A DNA stretch of 34,574 nt from a virus (Duplodnaviria > Caudoviricetes): the IMG/VR virus record IMGVR_UViG_3300025608_000513, positions 1-34,574 of that record. The stretch is one strand, 5' to 3'. Shown here piece after piece: positions 17,812-26,188 of this stretch. The notes under the pieces were generated by a model. That model was not told where the DNA came from. It did not search any database and saw only the letters and a list, made by a program, of their open reading frames with translations. The translations under genes were made by a program, and so were the position numbers. Numbering within the stretch: position 1 is the stretch's first letter; every line of letters begins with the position of its first letter.

Positions 17812-18726
17812 TTAAATCCTCGCAAGTCGAATTAATGTTGCGGCTAAATTAATTTCTGGATCAGCAACAAGTGTGTGATCTACTAGCCCTTGCTTAATAG
17901 TTAGCACTGCTGTATCCTGTTGTTCTTCATTTCCGAACAACGTAATATTGTCATACAGCCAGCGATAGATTTCTTCCATTTCTTCTGGACGTACTGCACC
18001 GCACAATAGCTTACGTGCTTCTTGAATCTTGCCTGCCTTAAACAATTCAACCATTTCGATCTTCCAGTCTTGCTCTCCTGTGTCGCCTTCGTGCGGAGCA
18101 AGCAATACGCCATCCTGTGAATTCATCTGTACTGTATTGATGCACTTGCGCAAGTCTGGATATGTCGCTTTGACATAAGTGTCGAGAGTATCCAAATCCG
18201 GAGTAATACCTTCAGTGATGAGAATTTCAGCGACTCTAGCAGTAAATTCTGTTTGGTCAATCTTAGCAATATGAAAGCCCTGACAACGACTATGTAGTGC
18301 AGGAATAATTCTGTTGGGATAGTTACACGTTAGAATAAAACGTGCTGTAGTATGATACTCCTCCATAACTCCACGTAGTGCTGCCTGTGCGTTTGGGGAT
18401 AAGTAATCTGCCTCATCAAGTAGTACAACCTTAAAGTCTCCAAATGGAATCATTTGTACGAAGTTTACAATTTTATCACGAACGTCATCTACCGAGTTTG
18501 TGCGACTAGCGTTAATCTCTAGAATGTCAAGATCATTAATATCAAGTTCATTAAACAACAATTTAGCAAGTGTTGTTTTACCAATACCAGCATTACCCGA
18601 GAACAGCAAATGCGGAATAGTTTTGTCTTTGATCCAAGTGTTTACCTGTGCTCGTTGTGCTTCGTCTCGAAACACATAACCGCCTACTGTTTTAGGACGA
18701 TACTTTTCTACCCATAACTCTTTCAT
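17812..18726 (-). CDS. Sliding-clamp loader ATPase subunit (T4 gp44/RFC small subunit-like)
   Basis: LWVEKYRP, GNAGIGKT, INAS, LDEAD, SRC motif. Confidence 0.92.
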   Translation of the reverse strand: MKELWVEKYRPKTVGGYVFRDEAQRAQVNTWIKDKTIPHLLFSGNAGIGKTTLAKLLFNELDINDLDILEINASRTNSVDDVRDKIVNFVQMIPFGDFKVVLLDEADYLSPNAQAALRGVMEEYHTTARFILTCNYPNRIIPALHSRCQGFHIAKIDQTEFTARVAEILITEGITPDLDTLDTYVKATYPDLRKCINTVQMNSQDGVLLAPHEGDTGEQDWKIEMVELFKAGKIQEARKLLCGAVRPEEMEEIYRWLYDNITLFGNEEQQDTAVLTIKQGLVDHTLVADPEINLAATLIRLARI

Positions 18727-18887
18727 TCGTCTGCCTTCTTTTTCTTTTTACCGTAGAAGCCGCCTTTAACTTCGATATTTTCAGTACGTGCTCCGGGAGG
18801 ACACTTAGTAATAGTACCGCCTTGGTCTAAGTACTCTTGTAATTGTTCTTGGGTTATTCCGCTTTCCTTAGACTGACGATCTATCAT
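18723..18887 (-). CDS. Small protein resembling the SutA RNAP-binding motif, 54 aa
   Basis: Manual translation MIDRQSKESGITQEQLQEYLDQGGTITKCPPGART...; ATGA overlaps at both ends. Confidence 0.65.
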   Translation of the reverse strand: MIDRQSKESGITQEQLQEYLDQGGTITKCPPGARTENIEVKGGFYGKKKKKADE

Positions 18888-19150
18888 ACTAATTTGCTCC
18901 ACTTCTCTAATTTCTCATGCTTAGTAGCTATTCTAGCATCTATTTCTTGTTTTGTCAATAATCCACATGTAATCATTAGATTGAGCATACATTGTACATC
19001 ACCTGCTTCTTCTAATAGTTTTACACGTTGGTCTTCTGTAATTTCATCTAGTGTGTCAAACTTGCGAACGATCTTACTGCATCGTTGTGTAAGCTCACCA
19101 CACTCCTCCATAGTAATTACCATAAGTTCTTGTAGTTTGTTCATAGGCAT
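18884..19150 (-). CDS. MazG-like NTP pyrophosphohydrolase
   Basis: EECGEL and EEAGDV (ExxE/ExxD) motifs. Confidence 0.8.
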   Translation of the reverse strand: MPMNKLQELMVITMEECGELTQRCSKIVRKFDTLDEITEDQRVKLLEEAGDVQCMLNLMITCGLLTKQEIDARIATKHEKLEKWSKLV

Positions 19151-19689
19151 TATCGTGTAACACCCAATTCTTTATATGCTACTTGTACTGATTTTGCTTG
19201 ATAATATGCATCTGCTAGTGCGTTGTGAAGATCAGTTTGCATCTGTTTGCGAGGATCACCATCTTTTAATACACTAAACAATGTGCGACTATCCATTACT
19301 TGCCAAAAGTTATAAGGAATAGAACGTCCTATACTACGATACATATCTTCGATGATAGTAAGGTCAAAGCCGTATCCATGCCCCCAAATTTTATCACAAC
19401 CCCAAATCCATTTAGTAAGTTGTTTAAGTGCTTCTTCTACACTTACAGCACCGTTTTGATCAAACGCTTCGTCCATTACTTTAGGATCTTGTTTTGCCCA
19501 CCAAGCAATCGTATCGTCGCTTGTAGTACGTCCTAGTCGATTTTGATCGTCAATGTCAATTTTAAGATACAATTCACTGTGCGGTTCTGCGTCTGAAAAC
19601 GGATCAAATTTTACTGCACCTAAACTAAGCACTGTACACTGTGGACGAGTGTCGAGTGTTTCTAAGTCGATCATTGCATGTGTTGCCAT
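19150..19689 (-). CDS. DEDDh 3'-5' exonuclease (DexA/Rv2179c-like)
   Basis: IDLET, FDL, D.RT, HNALADAYYQ. Confidence 0.85.
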   Translation of the reverse strand: MATHAMIDLETLDTRPQCTVLSLGAVKFDPFSDAEPHSELYLKIDIDDQNRLGRTTSDDTIAWWAKQDPKVMDEAFDQNGAVSVEEALKQLTKWIWGCDKIWGHGYGFDLTIIEDMYRSIGRSIPYNFWQVMDSRTLFSVLKDGDPRKQMQTDLHNALADAYYQAKSVQVAYKELGVTR

Positions 19690-19859
19690 TATTTTTGCCT
19701 CTTTCTATTTTCTTGTCCGATGCCTGAGATAATCAAGAGTACATAAAGAATAGGCCAAGCCCATCCTGTTAAGTATCCTGTGATGTGTAATATCATTAGT
19801 GCAATACCTGTTGCACCTGTTGTACCAAGGCCGCTGCTTTGCGGAGTAGGTAGTAACAT
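19689..19859 (-). CDS. Small membrane protein, 56 aa
   Basis: MLLPTPQSSGLGTTGATGIALMILHITGYLTGWAWPILYVLLIISG...; AGGAG RBS; TAATG coupling. Confidence 0.7.
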   Translation of the reverse strand: MLLPTPQSSGLGTTGATGIALMILHITGYLTGWAWPILYVLLIISGIGQENRKRQK

Positions 19860-19866
19860 AAGAGAT

Positions 19867-19914
19867 CTCCTAACAATTTATATATATTATAGCGTATAAA
19901 CTGTTAGGAGTCAA
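19867..19914 (-). promoter_or_regulatory. Sigma70 promoter embedded in a 16-bp inverted repeat that covers the RBS
   Basis: TTGACT (19914-19909), 17 bp, TATAAT (19891-19886); repeat arms at 19867-19882 and 19895-19910. Confidence 0.8.
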
Positions 19915-19926
19915 GTGTTTTTTTAA

Positions 19927-20610
19927 TTATTCGCGGTTACCTAATAAACTTAGCAACATTTGGAACATATTGATAAAGTTTAAATATAAGCTCAGTGCTG
20001 TAGTAATAGCAAACTTGGCAAGTTCTTCTGTGCCTAGACGTCCGCTTAGGAATGTAGTTTTTGCATTTTGTGTATCGTATGCTGTTAAACCTGTAAAGAT
20101 AAGAACACCTAAGATACTAATAGTAAACATCATAGCACTACTTTGTAAAAAGATATTTACAATGCTTGCAATAATAATACCAATCAATCCTACAAGCAAA
20201 AAACTACCCCAACCGCTGAGATCTTTCTTAGTTGTATAACCGTATAAACTTGCACTTGCAAATGTAGCGGCTGTGATAAAGAACACTTGTGCAATACTTG
20301 TTGCAGTATATACAGCAAAGATTGTACTCATGCTTATGCCCATTACGGCAGTAAAGATTAAGTAGAACGTTCGTGTTGCTTCAAAGCCCCAGTTGCGTCC
20401 TGCAAAACTCCAATAAAGGATCATGCCCAGTGGAGCAAATACAGCAACCCACATAAGAGAACCCATAGCAAACATCAACCCGCTGACATATGTAAGGTAT
20501 GCAACTACACCTGTAATGCCTAGACCTAGTGCAGTGTAGTTGTATAATGCCAGCATAAACTGACGAAGATATTCATCGTACTGTGTACGTTCTTGTGTCA
20601 TTGTGTTCAT
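19927..20610 (-). CDS. Bax inhibitor-1/YccA family membrane protein
   Basis: About 7 TM; YGYTTKKDLS, LTAYDTQ, ALSLYLNFINMF; start moved to MNTMTQ with an AGGAG RBS. Confidence 0.88.
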   Translation of the reverse strand: MNTMTQERTQYDEYLRQFMLALYNYTALGLGITGVVAYLTYVSGLMFAMGSLMWVAVFAPLGMILYWSFAGRNWGFEATRTFYLIFTAVMGISMSTIFAVYTATSIAQVFFITAATFASASLYGYTTKKDLSGWGSFLLVGLIGIIIASIVNIFLQSSAMMFTISILGVLIFTGLTAYDTQNAKTTFLSGRLGTEELAKFAITTALSLYLNFINMFQMLLSLLGNRE

Positions 20611-20612
20611 TT

Positions 20613-20972
20613 TTACTCTCCTACAAATTGTGCTAGTTCTGGTGCTTTCCATCCTTCTGGCTTTAGAACTTTGCCGTCATCACGCTTGCGCACTTTGCCA
20701 GTGTCTGGATCAATCTTAGCAAAGTTTGTGTCCATTACTTCCTTCCAAGCCGCTTCACCATCCCAGCCTGCTGCTCTAATAGCACCCATAGTAACAACTA
20801 AGATGTCCACTAGTGCGTCCAGTTGTTCTACCTTGTCATCTGCTTCTAGTGCATCATGTAGTTCGTTCCATTCTTCGTCAATCAGACTGATATACATTTT
20901 AAAATTTTCAAAGGATGGTTCTTGGTCACACGCTGTTTGAAACGTGTCAATATCTTTAAATGGATTTGTCAT
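20613..20972 (-). CDS. MazG/PRA-PH-like all-alpha NTP pyrophosphatase (dUTPase-like)
   Basis: LIDEEWNE, DALVDILVV, NFAK, R.DGKVLKPEGW. Confidence 0.8.
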   Translation of the reverse strand: MTNPFKDIDTFQTACDQEPSFENFKMYISLIDEEWNELHDALEADDKVEQLDALVDILVVTMGAIRAAGWDGEAAWKEVMDTNFAKIDPDTGKVRKRDDGKVLKPEGWKAPELAQFVGE

Positions 20973-20982
20973 TTTTTACCTT

Positions 20983-21417
20983 TTACATAAAATCTTCTGG
21001 ACGGTGAGAGTCACTAGTATCAGCACCAGTCTTATCGCCGAACAGTATATCTTTTGGCTTTTCGTCAGTCCACATCATAACACTTTCGCCTTCGACAATA
21101 CGACATGCCGTAGATTCGCCATCGCCAAAATCTACATCAAACCCTCGTGTCCAACGTCCATGCTCTACAAGAATCCAATCATCTGTGTTGTAAGGATCTT
21201 TGTTGTCTTTGCCTTTTCGCACAACTTGACACCAGCGTGGCTTAATACCTCTGTCCTTGCCGTCGTCTGACAAGACAATAATGCCACCGTTTGTTGTTGT
21301 ATCACCGAAGTGCATATTTTTTACTAACACACGATCATACAACGGATCAATTGAACCACTAATTGGCTTTGCTTGTAAAGATTTTTTACCTTTTGCAATT
21401 TCACTTACATCAACCAT
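20983..21417 (-). CDS. groES: GroES-like co-chaperonin
   Basis: PLYDRVLV, mobile loop TTNGGIIV, QVVRKG. Confidence 0.75.
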   Translation of the reverse strand: MVDVSEIAKGKKSLQAKPISGSIDPLYDRVLVKNMHFGDTTTNGGIIVLSDDGKDRGIKPRWCQVVRKGKDNKDPYNTDDWILVEHGRWTRGFDVDFGDGESTACRIVEGESVMMWTDEKPKDILFGDKTGADTSDSHRPEDFM

Positions 21418-21785
21418 TATTCACCTTTTTTCACAAAGTTTCCGTCTTCGTCCTCAGTCCACTCTTCTTCTACTTTTGCCTGTGCTTTAGTTTGACCAGC
21501 TTTACGTGTTGTTGTAGAAGCAGTCGGAGCAGTAGTTTTTTCTGCAGGTTGTCTTACAGGCGCTTCGTCTACAACTGCTTGCGGACTTTCTGTGTAATAA
21601 TCTTTCATCACGTCTTCACGTTTTTTAATAATTTTCCCACCCGGTCCTAGCTCATCGCCACGTGCATTTACACGAGCATTGCCTACTGCTGGTGTTAGTT
21701 CGTTACGTTGACGCAACAAATCCATATCAACTACTTTACCTTGCATTGATTTGTACTGTTTACGTCCAGTTTGTTTCATAGCCAT
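21417..21785 (-). CDS. Hypothetical protein
   Basis: 122 aa, AVGNARVNARGDELGPGG; AGGAG RBS; GATAAGTA late-like motif at 21811-21818. Confidence 0.75.
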   Translation of the reverse strand: MAMKQTGRKQYKSMQGKVVDMDLLRQRNELTPAVGNARVNARGDELGPGGKIIKKREDVMKDYYTESPQAVVDEAPVRQPAEKTTAPTASTTTRKAGQTKAQAKVEEEWTEDEDGNFVKKGE

Positions 21786-21813
21786 TGCTAATCTCCTATC
21801 ATTATATACTTAC

Positions 21814-22335
21814 TTATCTCAGGAACTCTCGCCAATCCAGGCCATACTGGATTGAATCAATACGATGTACACCTATCAAATACAGCACATAACTTGCTAC
21901 ACTACTACCTCTACCTACACCCCATACAATGTTATTCTCACGCATAAAGTCTACTAGATACACCATATAGCGTAATAAGTTAAACATATCTCGTTCTCTA
22001 AATGCTTTTAATTCTTCTGATACTCTTTCAAGTTCTTTATCAGTTTTACATTTGTTTAGAACATAGTTTTGTATAGTCAATTGCTTATACTCATCGGGCA
22101 TAAACCATTCACTTTGACACACACCGTCAAAAGTCTTTTGATCTACATCTAGAGGAATATACTTTTGTAGTTTGTCTAGACCCTGTTCTTCCATAGCGGC
22201 ATTGAACTTGTCTACATCGTCTGTAGCATCGCACAACACTACATGCACCTTATCCGCATGACCACTATAGATCATATCGACAAGATCGCGATTAGAGAAT
22301 CGTGGAATACCTAGTTCATCTGTTTTCATAAGCAT
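21814..22335 (-). CDS. Stand-alone fragment of DNA polymerase III alpha (DnaE), N-terminal part of the polymerase core
   Basis: RVSEEL...NIVWGVGRGSSVASYVLYLIGVHRIDSIQYGLDWREFLR matches DnaE GxGRGS...LLFERFL, but the ORF stops before the PDxDxD catalytic motif. Confidence 0.75.
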   Translation of the reverse strand: MLMKTDELGIPRFSNRDLVDMIYSGHADKVHVVLCDATDDVDKFNAAMEEQGLDKLQKYIPLDVDQKTFDGVCQSEWFMPDEYKQLTIQNYVLNKCKTDKELERVSEELKAFRERDMFNLLRYMVYLVDFMRENNIVWGVGRGSSVASYVLYLIGVHRIDSIQYGLDWREFLR

Positions 22336-22341
22336 ACACTT

Positions 22342-22370
22342 ATTTTAACTTACATTGATTAGATTGTCAA
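22342..22370 (-). promoter_or_regulatory. Sigma70 promoter giving a probably leaderless DnaE-fragment mRNA
   Basis: TTGACA (22370-22365), 17 bp, TAAAAT (22347-22342); ATG follows after 6 nt. Confidence 0.75.
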
Positions 22371-22578
22371 GATCATTATCGTCATTTTCTTGTTGACGTA
22401 AACGTTCTTGCGCCATTTTCATGTGTAATTCTTGTTTGTAGATTTCTATAAAGGTCGCTATTTGATCCTGCGCCTGTGGGTTGTGTGTCATAAAATATTT
22501 TCTAGACAAGTCGGCAATCTTGTCTTCAATTTGAGTAATTGTTAGATTAGAAGGATCGTCTGCTAACGGATGAATCAT
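22345..22578 (-). CDS. Hypothetical protein
   Basis: 77 aa, TAATG-coupled to the upstream gene. Confidence 0.7.
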   Translation of the reverse strand: MIHPLADDPSNLTITQIEDKIADLSRKYFMTHNPQAQDQIATFIEIYKQELHMKMAQERLRQQENDDNDLDNLINVS

Positions 22579-23144
22579 TATGTATATAATCCTTTGTATT
22601 CTGCAAATACAGTTGTGCCGCCATTAATAGTAAAGAAGTCAACAATAACAAAATCGTCTTCGTTACTAATCTCAATGGCTGTGTTGCCTGATGGCCAGTT
22701 TGAGTCTCTTTTAATACTTCCACCACCTTGCACACTAAAGTTTAAAGTCTTTGCAACCGAGCCAATGTTAATAAGCATTAGTCTAATCTTACTAAAGTTG
22801 CCTTCAGGAAATTCACTTAGTGTAAGAGTAATGTTTGCACCTACTCCAAACACTTGAATAGGACCGTTTGTTAAACTTACGTTTTGATTGTTAGCAATAG
22901 TTCCGCCTTGATAGACCTTTTCAGTATTATATAAGAATACTGCATTAGATACTTCATTACCGTTAAAACTAACGTCTTCGTCAGTTCTTGCAGCATTATC
23001 TTGCAAGTCTTCGATTTCTGTTTTAGTTACAGTGAAGTTGCTTTTGATGCTACTGAAGTTGTCACGAAACCCTTGGCTGTTATTATCAATACCAGCTACT
23101 GGATAAAGTTCGTTAATTCCTGATTCGTTTATATTACTTGCCAT
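22578..23144 (-). CDS. Putative tail/baseplate structural protein
   Basis: N-terminal YPVAG.DN.SQGFRDNF followed by a coiled coil; beta-rich C-terminus; ATAAATA at 23161-23167. Confidence 0.6.
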   Translation of the reverse strand: MASNINESGINELYPVAGIDNNSQGFRDNFSSIKSNFTVTKTEIEDLQDNAARTDEDVSFNGNEVSNAVFLYNTEKVYQGGTIANNQNVSLTNGPIQVFGVGANITLTLSEFPEGNFSKIRLMLINIGSVAKTLNFSVQGGGSIKRDSNWPSGNTAIEISNEDDFVIVDFFTINGGTTVFAEYKGLYT

Positions 23145-23172
23145 TTTTGTTCTCTCAAATTATTTATTAATC

Positions 23173-26100
23173 TTAAACGTTAAACTGGTAGTTTGCGAAC
23201 AGTATGTACTGTTCGTTCGAATTACCTGTTGTACTATCAATCAAATAACGATCGATATCGAAGTCTAAATTCTTAAAGTCAAACCCGCTGTTTTTTACAT
23301 TTAATAGTATAGTACCGCTAGTACCTGGTTTACAATAGCATAATGGTACAGCAGGAATATATCCTAGTTCACCTTGTCCAATAGTCTGCCTTGTGCGCAT
23401 CCAAAGCGGAAGGAACTCACGTTCTGTAACGCCAACTTCACTCAAATTTTCTCTCATGTTGTATATGTTACTTAACCAACGAGTTCGATCGTTTGAGTCG
23501 CCCACTTTAATAGCATTACTATCTGTTTTAATAGTGTTACCCTTAGGTCTAAATCTGTATGGATCGCTTGCAGTACCTTTTTCAACTTTTGCGGCAGATA
23601 CAACACTACTACCGTCATTTAACGATACTTCTAAAAATCCGTTAACTGTAACTCTTAACGGAACGTCTCTAGTGTATACAAATAGTTCGTCACCGTTTGT
23701 AGAAGTTTCGATTATATTTCCGTTCCTATCAAACATTACAACAGTATTTTGACCTAAGCCTAATCCACTGTTGTCGTCTAGTGCTTCGAGTTTGATACTG
23801 TCAACAGTGATTTTGTTTCCAGTATCAATACCAATTGATTTTCTTGTTTCTAACAAGTTAGGATTGTCAGGATCAATAATCTCAACATACACTACTTCGT
23901 ATACGACTTCTTGCGTTCCGGGCTTTCTAGCAATTGCAGTTTTTACTTCACCAAATCTGTAACGCTTGCGCTTGTGATTTTTAGCTGCTGCTCCAACATA
24001 CTCTTGTACATCTTTTGTTTCGATACCTGCATATGCTAGCATCTTAGGTTCAATTTGTAATCCAAACTGTGTATCGTTAGGACGATAGATTAAGTTTGGT
24101 TCGAATACGTTTGGATCTGAGATAAAGTTAGTGAACTCGTCTTTTTGTGTTCTCTTTAAGAACGGCTTCATAAACAAGTTACTATAAAGTATTTCGTCCG
24201 GGTCAGTTGTACTAATAGTAAATGTTCTTTCAATTGCACTAAATCCAAATTGGTCTTGCGCACGTATTGTAAACGAGTAGTCTCTATCTACAGTAGTTGT
24301 CCCGCCATCAAACGTAGTATTTTTACTGTCAAATACTGTTAGGCCAGGATTTTCAATTGTACCAAACTGGTTTACTTTACCAATAATCTCGCCGTCTAGC
24401 GAAAGAGTCAGTCCTGGCGGAAGCTTGCCGTCAATAACACTGTAAATTAATCTACCATTAGGTACAGTAGTTTGTGCTTGCACGTTTAATGTACTAATAA
24501 AGTTAGCACGTAGTGTTCCTAGATCGTTAGGTGTAAGCCATTGGATAGTTGAGTCAACTTCACCAAGCATCCTAACAACAAATGTTTTTGTAGCTGTAGC
24601 AAATACATTAGAGTCTTCTGTAAGTGTTAAACTGAATTGTACACCTTCGGGAACAACAGTACCATAGTAAATTTTAGCACCTTGTGTAACTGAATTTGTT
24701 AACGGTTCTGATAGCGTAATTTCACCGTACTGAACACCGCCATCGTTTACAATTTTGATACCGCTCCATGTAAGCTCTTTAGCACCGTCCCAATAAACGC
24801 CTTCTACATCTGTTACGCCTGGATCTTCTATTCTTAAAGTCTTACTACCTGCTGCACCACTTACTGCTGTAAAGAAGTCTTCGCTTTCTAGCACACCGTT
24901 GAGTGTAAGCGTAATAAAGTCTTCTTCTTCTCTAGCAGATTGTACAGTGGCATATGTAGTGCTCTGTGTAGCTAGTCTATTAATTCTAGGCAAATCGTCT
25001 GTGTTAGGAATCGGATCAATTTTAACAAACTTTGTTCCGCCTAATAGTTTTACATCCTCGAACGTTCTGAATACTAATTCGCTGTAATCATTAGCACCTT
25101 CTTGACGAATAGCACTAACAGTAAATTTATACTCTCTTGTAACAGCAGGTTGGTAAGGAGATATTCCAGCTACTTCGCCTGTGTTCGAATCTAAGAACAA
25201 CCCTTTGGGAAGTACACTGGGAGATCCATCGTCGTTTGTATCTTCTAGCTGATAGAATATAGGACCTTGCAGACTTGCAGGATCATACGTATCTAAGAAT
25301 AGTGTTACATAATTGTTTGCTCTACGATATCCTAAATCTTTAGGTGTTAACCAAACTGGCTTACGTAGGTATGTGTTATCAGCAGTAAACAATCCTGTTG
25401 CAAGTTGCATAATAGTGTTGTCAGATCTTAAAAAATCATCACCAACAAGATAAATTTGGAATTCTCTACGTGCAACTGTATCGCCGTCACTTACGTTAAC
25501 AGTAAACTCATAATAACGATTTAGTTTTTTGGGAACTCTAGTTGGAACATTAAAATCGTAAATTGTTGTATCGTAATAATAACTATCAAATCCGTTTGAA
25601 CTTTTAATACCAAAATCGAATGGAAATGCATCTAAGTTTGATTGATCGTAAAAACCGTTGCCTGCACTTTTTTCTAAAAACAACAGTGGTTCTACTACGC
25701 CTACAATACGTCCGTCTTTGGTCAGTTGCAATCCTGGAGGCAATTCTCCATCGCGATCTCCGATCCAAAATTCTAATTCTTGTCCTGTTGGAAGATCAGG
25801 ATCAAGTACATTTAATTGAAAGTCTACAACAGAACTATCTAGAACGTAGGCTTTGCCGTTAGGTCCAATACCTAAAGGACCTTCTGGTGTTAGCCACTGC
25901 GGCTCGTCAGCACCAACAATAGTTAGATCAAATGTTCTATCTTCTTTGATAAAGCCTCTTGTTGCACGAAGTACAAATGTAAACTTTTTAGCCTTTGGCA
26001 CTTCAAACGGTGTACCTTCTAAGAAGTTGTTCTCAATACGTAATCCTGTAGGCAAGTCGCCACTTAGTAGTGTTACACTATCAACAGTAGGTGAAACAGG

Positions 26101-26178
26101 TAAGGGAATAGATTGTGTAGTACTCTCGTTAAACGAGCCTAAGTTATGTCCTGATTCTACTGTCCAAAGAATTGCCAT
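23173..26178 (-). CDS. Large virion protein with Ig/cadherin-like (He_PIG-type) repeats
   Basis: Four LPxGLxL/I motifs, repeated WLTPxxL and YxFTV/I segments; structural gene context. Confidence 0.7.
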   Translation of the reverse strand: MAILWTVESGHNLGSFNESTTQSIPLPVSPTVDSVTLLSGDLPTGLRIENNFLEGTPFEVPKAKKFTFVLRATRGFIKEDRTFDLTIVGADEPQWLTPEGPLGIGPNGKAYVLDSSVVDFQLNVLDPDLPTGQELEFWIGDRDGELPPGLQLTKDGRIVGVVEPLLFLEKSAGNGFYDQSNLDAFPFDFGIKSSNGFDSYYYDTTIYDFNVPTRVPKKLNRYYEFTVNVSDGDTVARREFQIYLVGDDFLRSDNTIMQLATGLFTADNTYLRKPVWLTPKDLGYRRANNYVTLFLDTYDPASLQGPIFYQLEDTNDDGSPSVLPKGLFLDSNTGEVAGISPYQPAVTREYKFTVSAIRQEGANDYSELVFRTFEDVKLLGGTKFVKIDPIPNTDDLPRINRLATQSTTYATVQSAREEEDFITLTLNGVLESEDFFTAVSGAAGSKTLRIEDPGVTDVEGVYWDGAKELTWSGIKIVNDGGVQYGEITLSEPLTNSVTQGAKIYYGTVVPEGVQFSLTLTEDSNVFATATKTFVVRMLGEVDSTIQWLTPNDLGTLRANFISTLNVQAQTTVPNGRLIYSVIDGKLPPGLTLSLDGEIIGKVNQFGTIENPGLTVFDSKNTTFDGGTTTVDRDYSFTIRAQDQFGFSAIERTFTISTTDPDEILYSNLFMKPFLKRTQKDEFTNFISDPNVFEPNLIYRPNDTQFGLQIEPKMLAYAGIETKDVQEYVGAAAKNHKRKRYRFGEVKTAIARKPGTQEVVYEVVYVEIIDPDNPNLLETRKSIGIDTGNKITVDSIKLEALDDNSGLGLGQNTVVMFDRNGNIIETSTNGDELFVYTRDVPLRVTVNGFLEVSLNDGSSVVSAAKVEKGTASDPYRFRPKGNTIKTDSNAIKVGDSNDRTRWLSNIYNMRENLSEVGVTEREFLPLWMRTRQTIGQGELGYIPAVPLCYCKPGTSGTILLNVKNSGFDFKNLDFDIDRYLIDSTTGNSNEQYILFANYQFNV

Positions 26179-26188
26179 TGGATCTCCC

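Noticed and set aside
4964-21417. Bacterial chromosomal origin suggested by clpA, dnaJ, thyA, folA, fdxA and groES
   Set aside because: These genes are interleaved with lysis, gp44-like clamp loader, tail genes and T4-type late motifs in phage-like packing.
21417-22335. Frameshifted or intein-split dnaE continuing into the next gene
   Set aside because: The downstream ORF has no DxD polymerase motif and has its own RBS; the fragment has no intein N-terminal segment.
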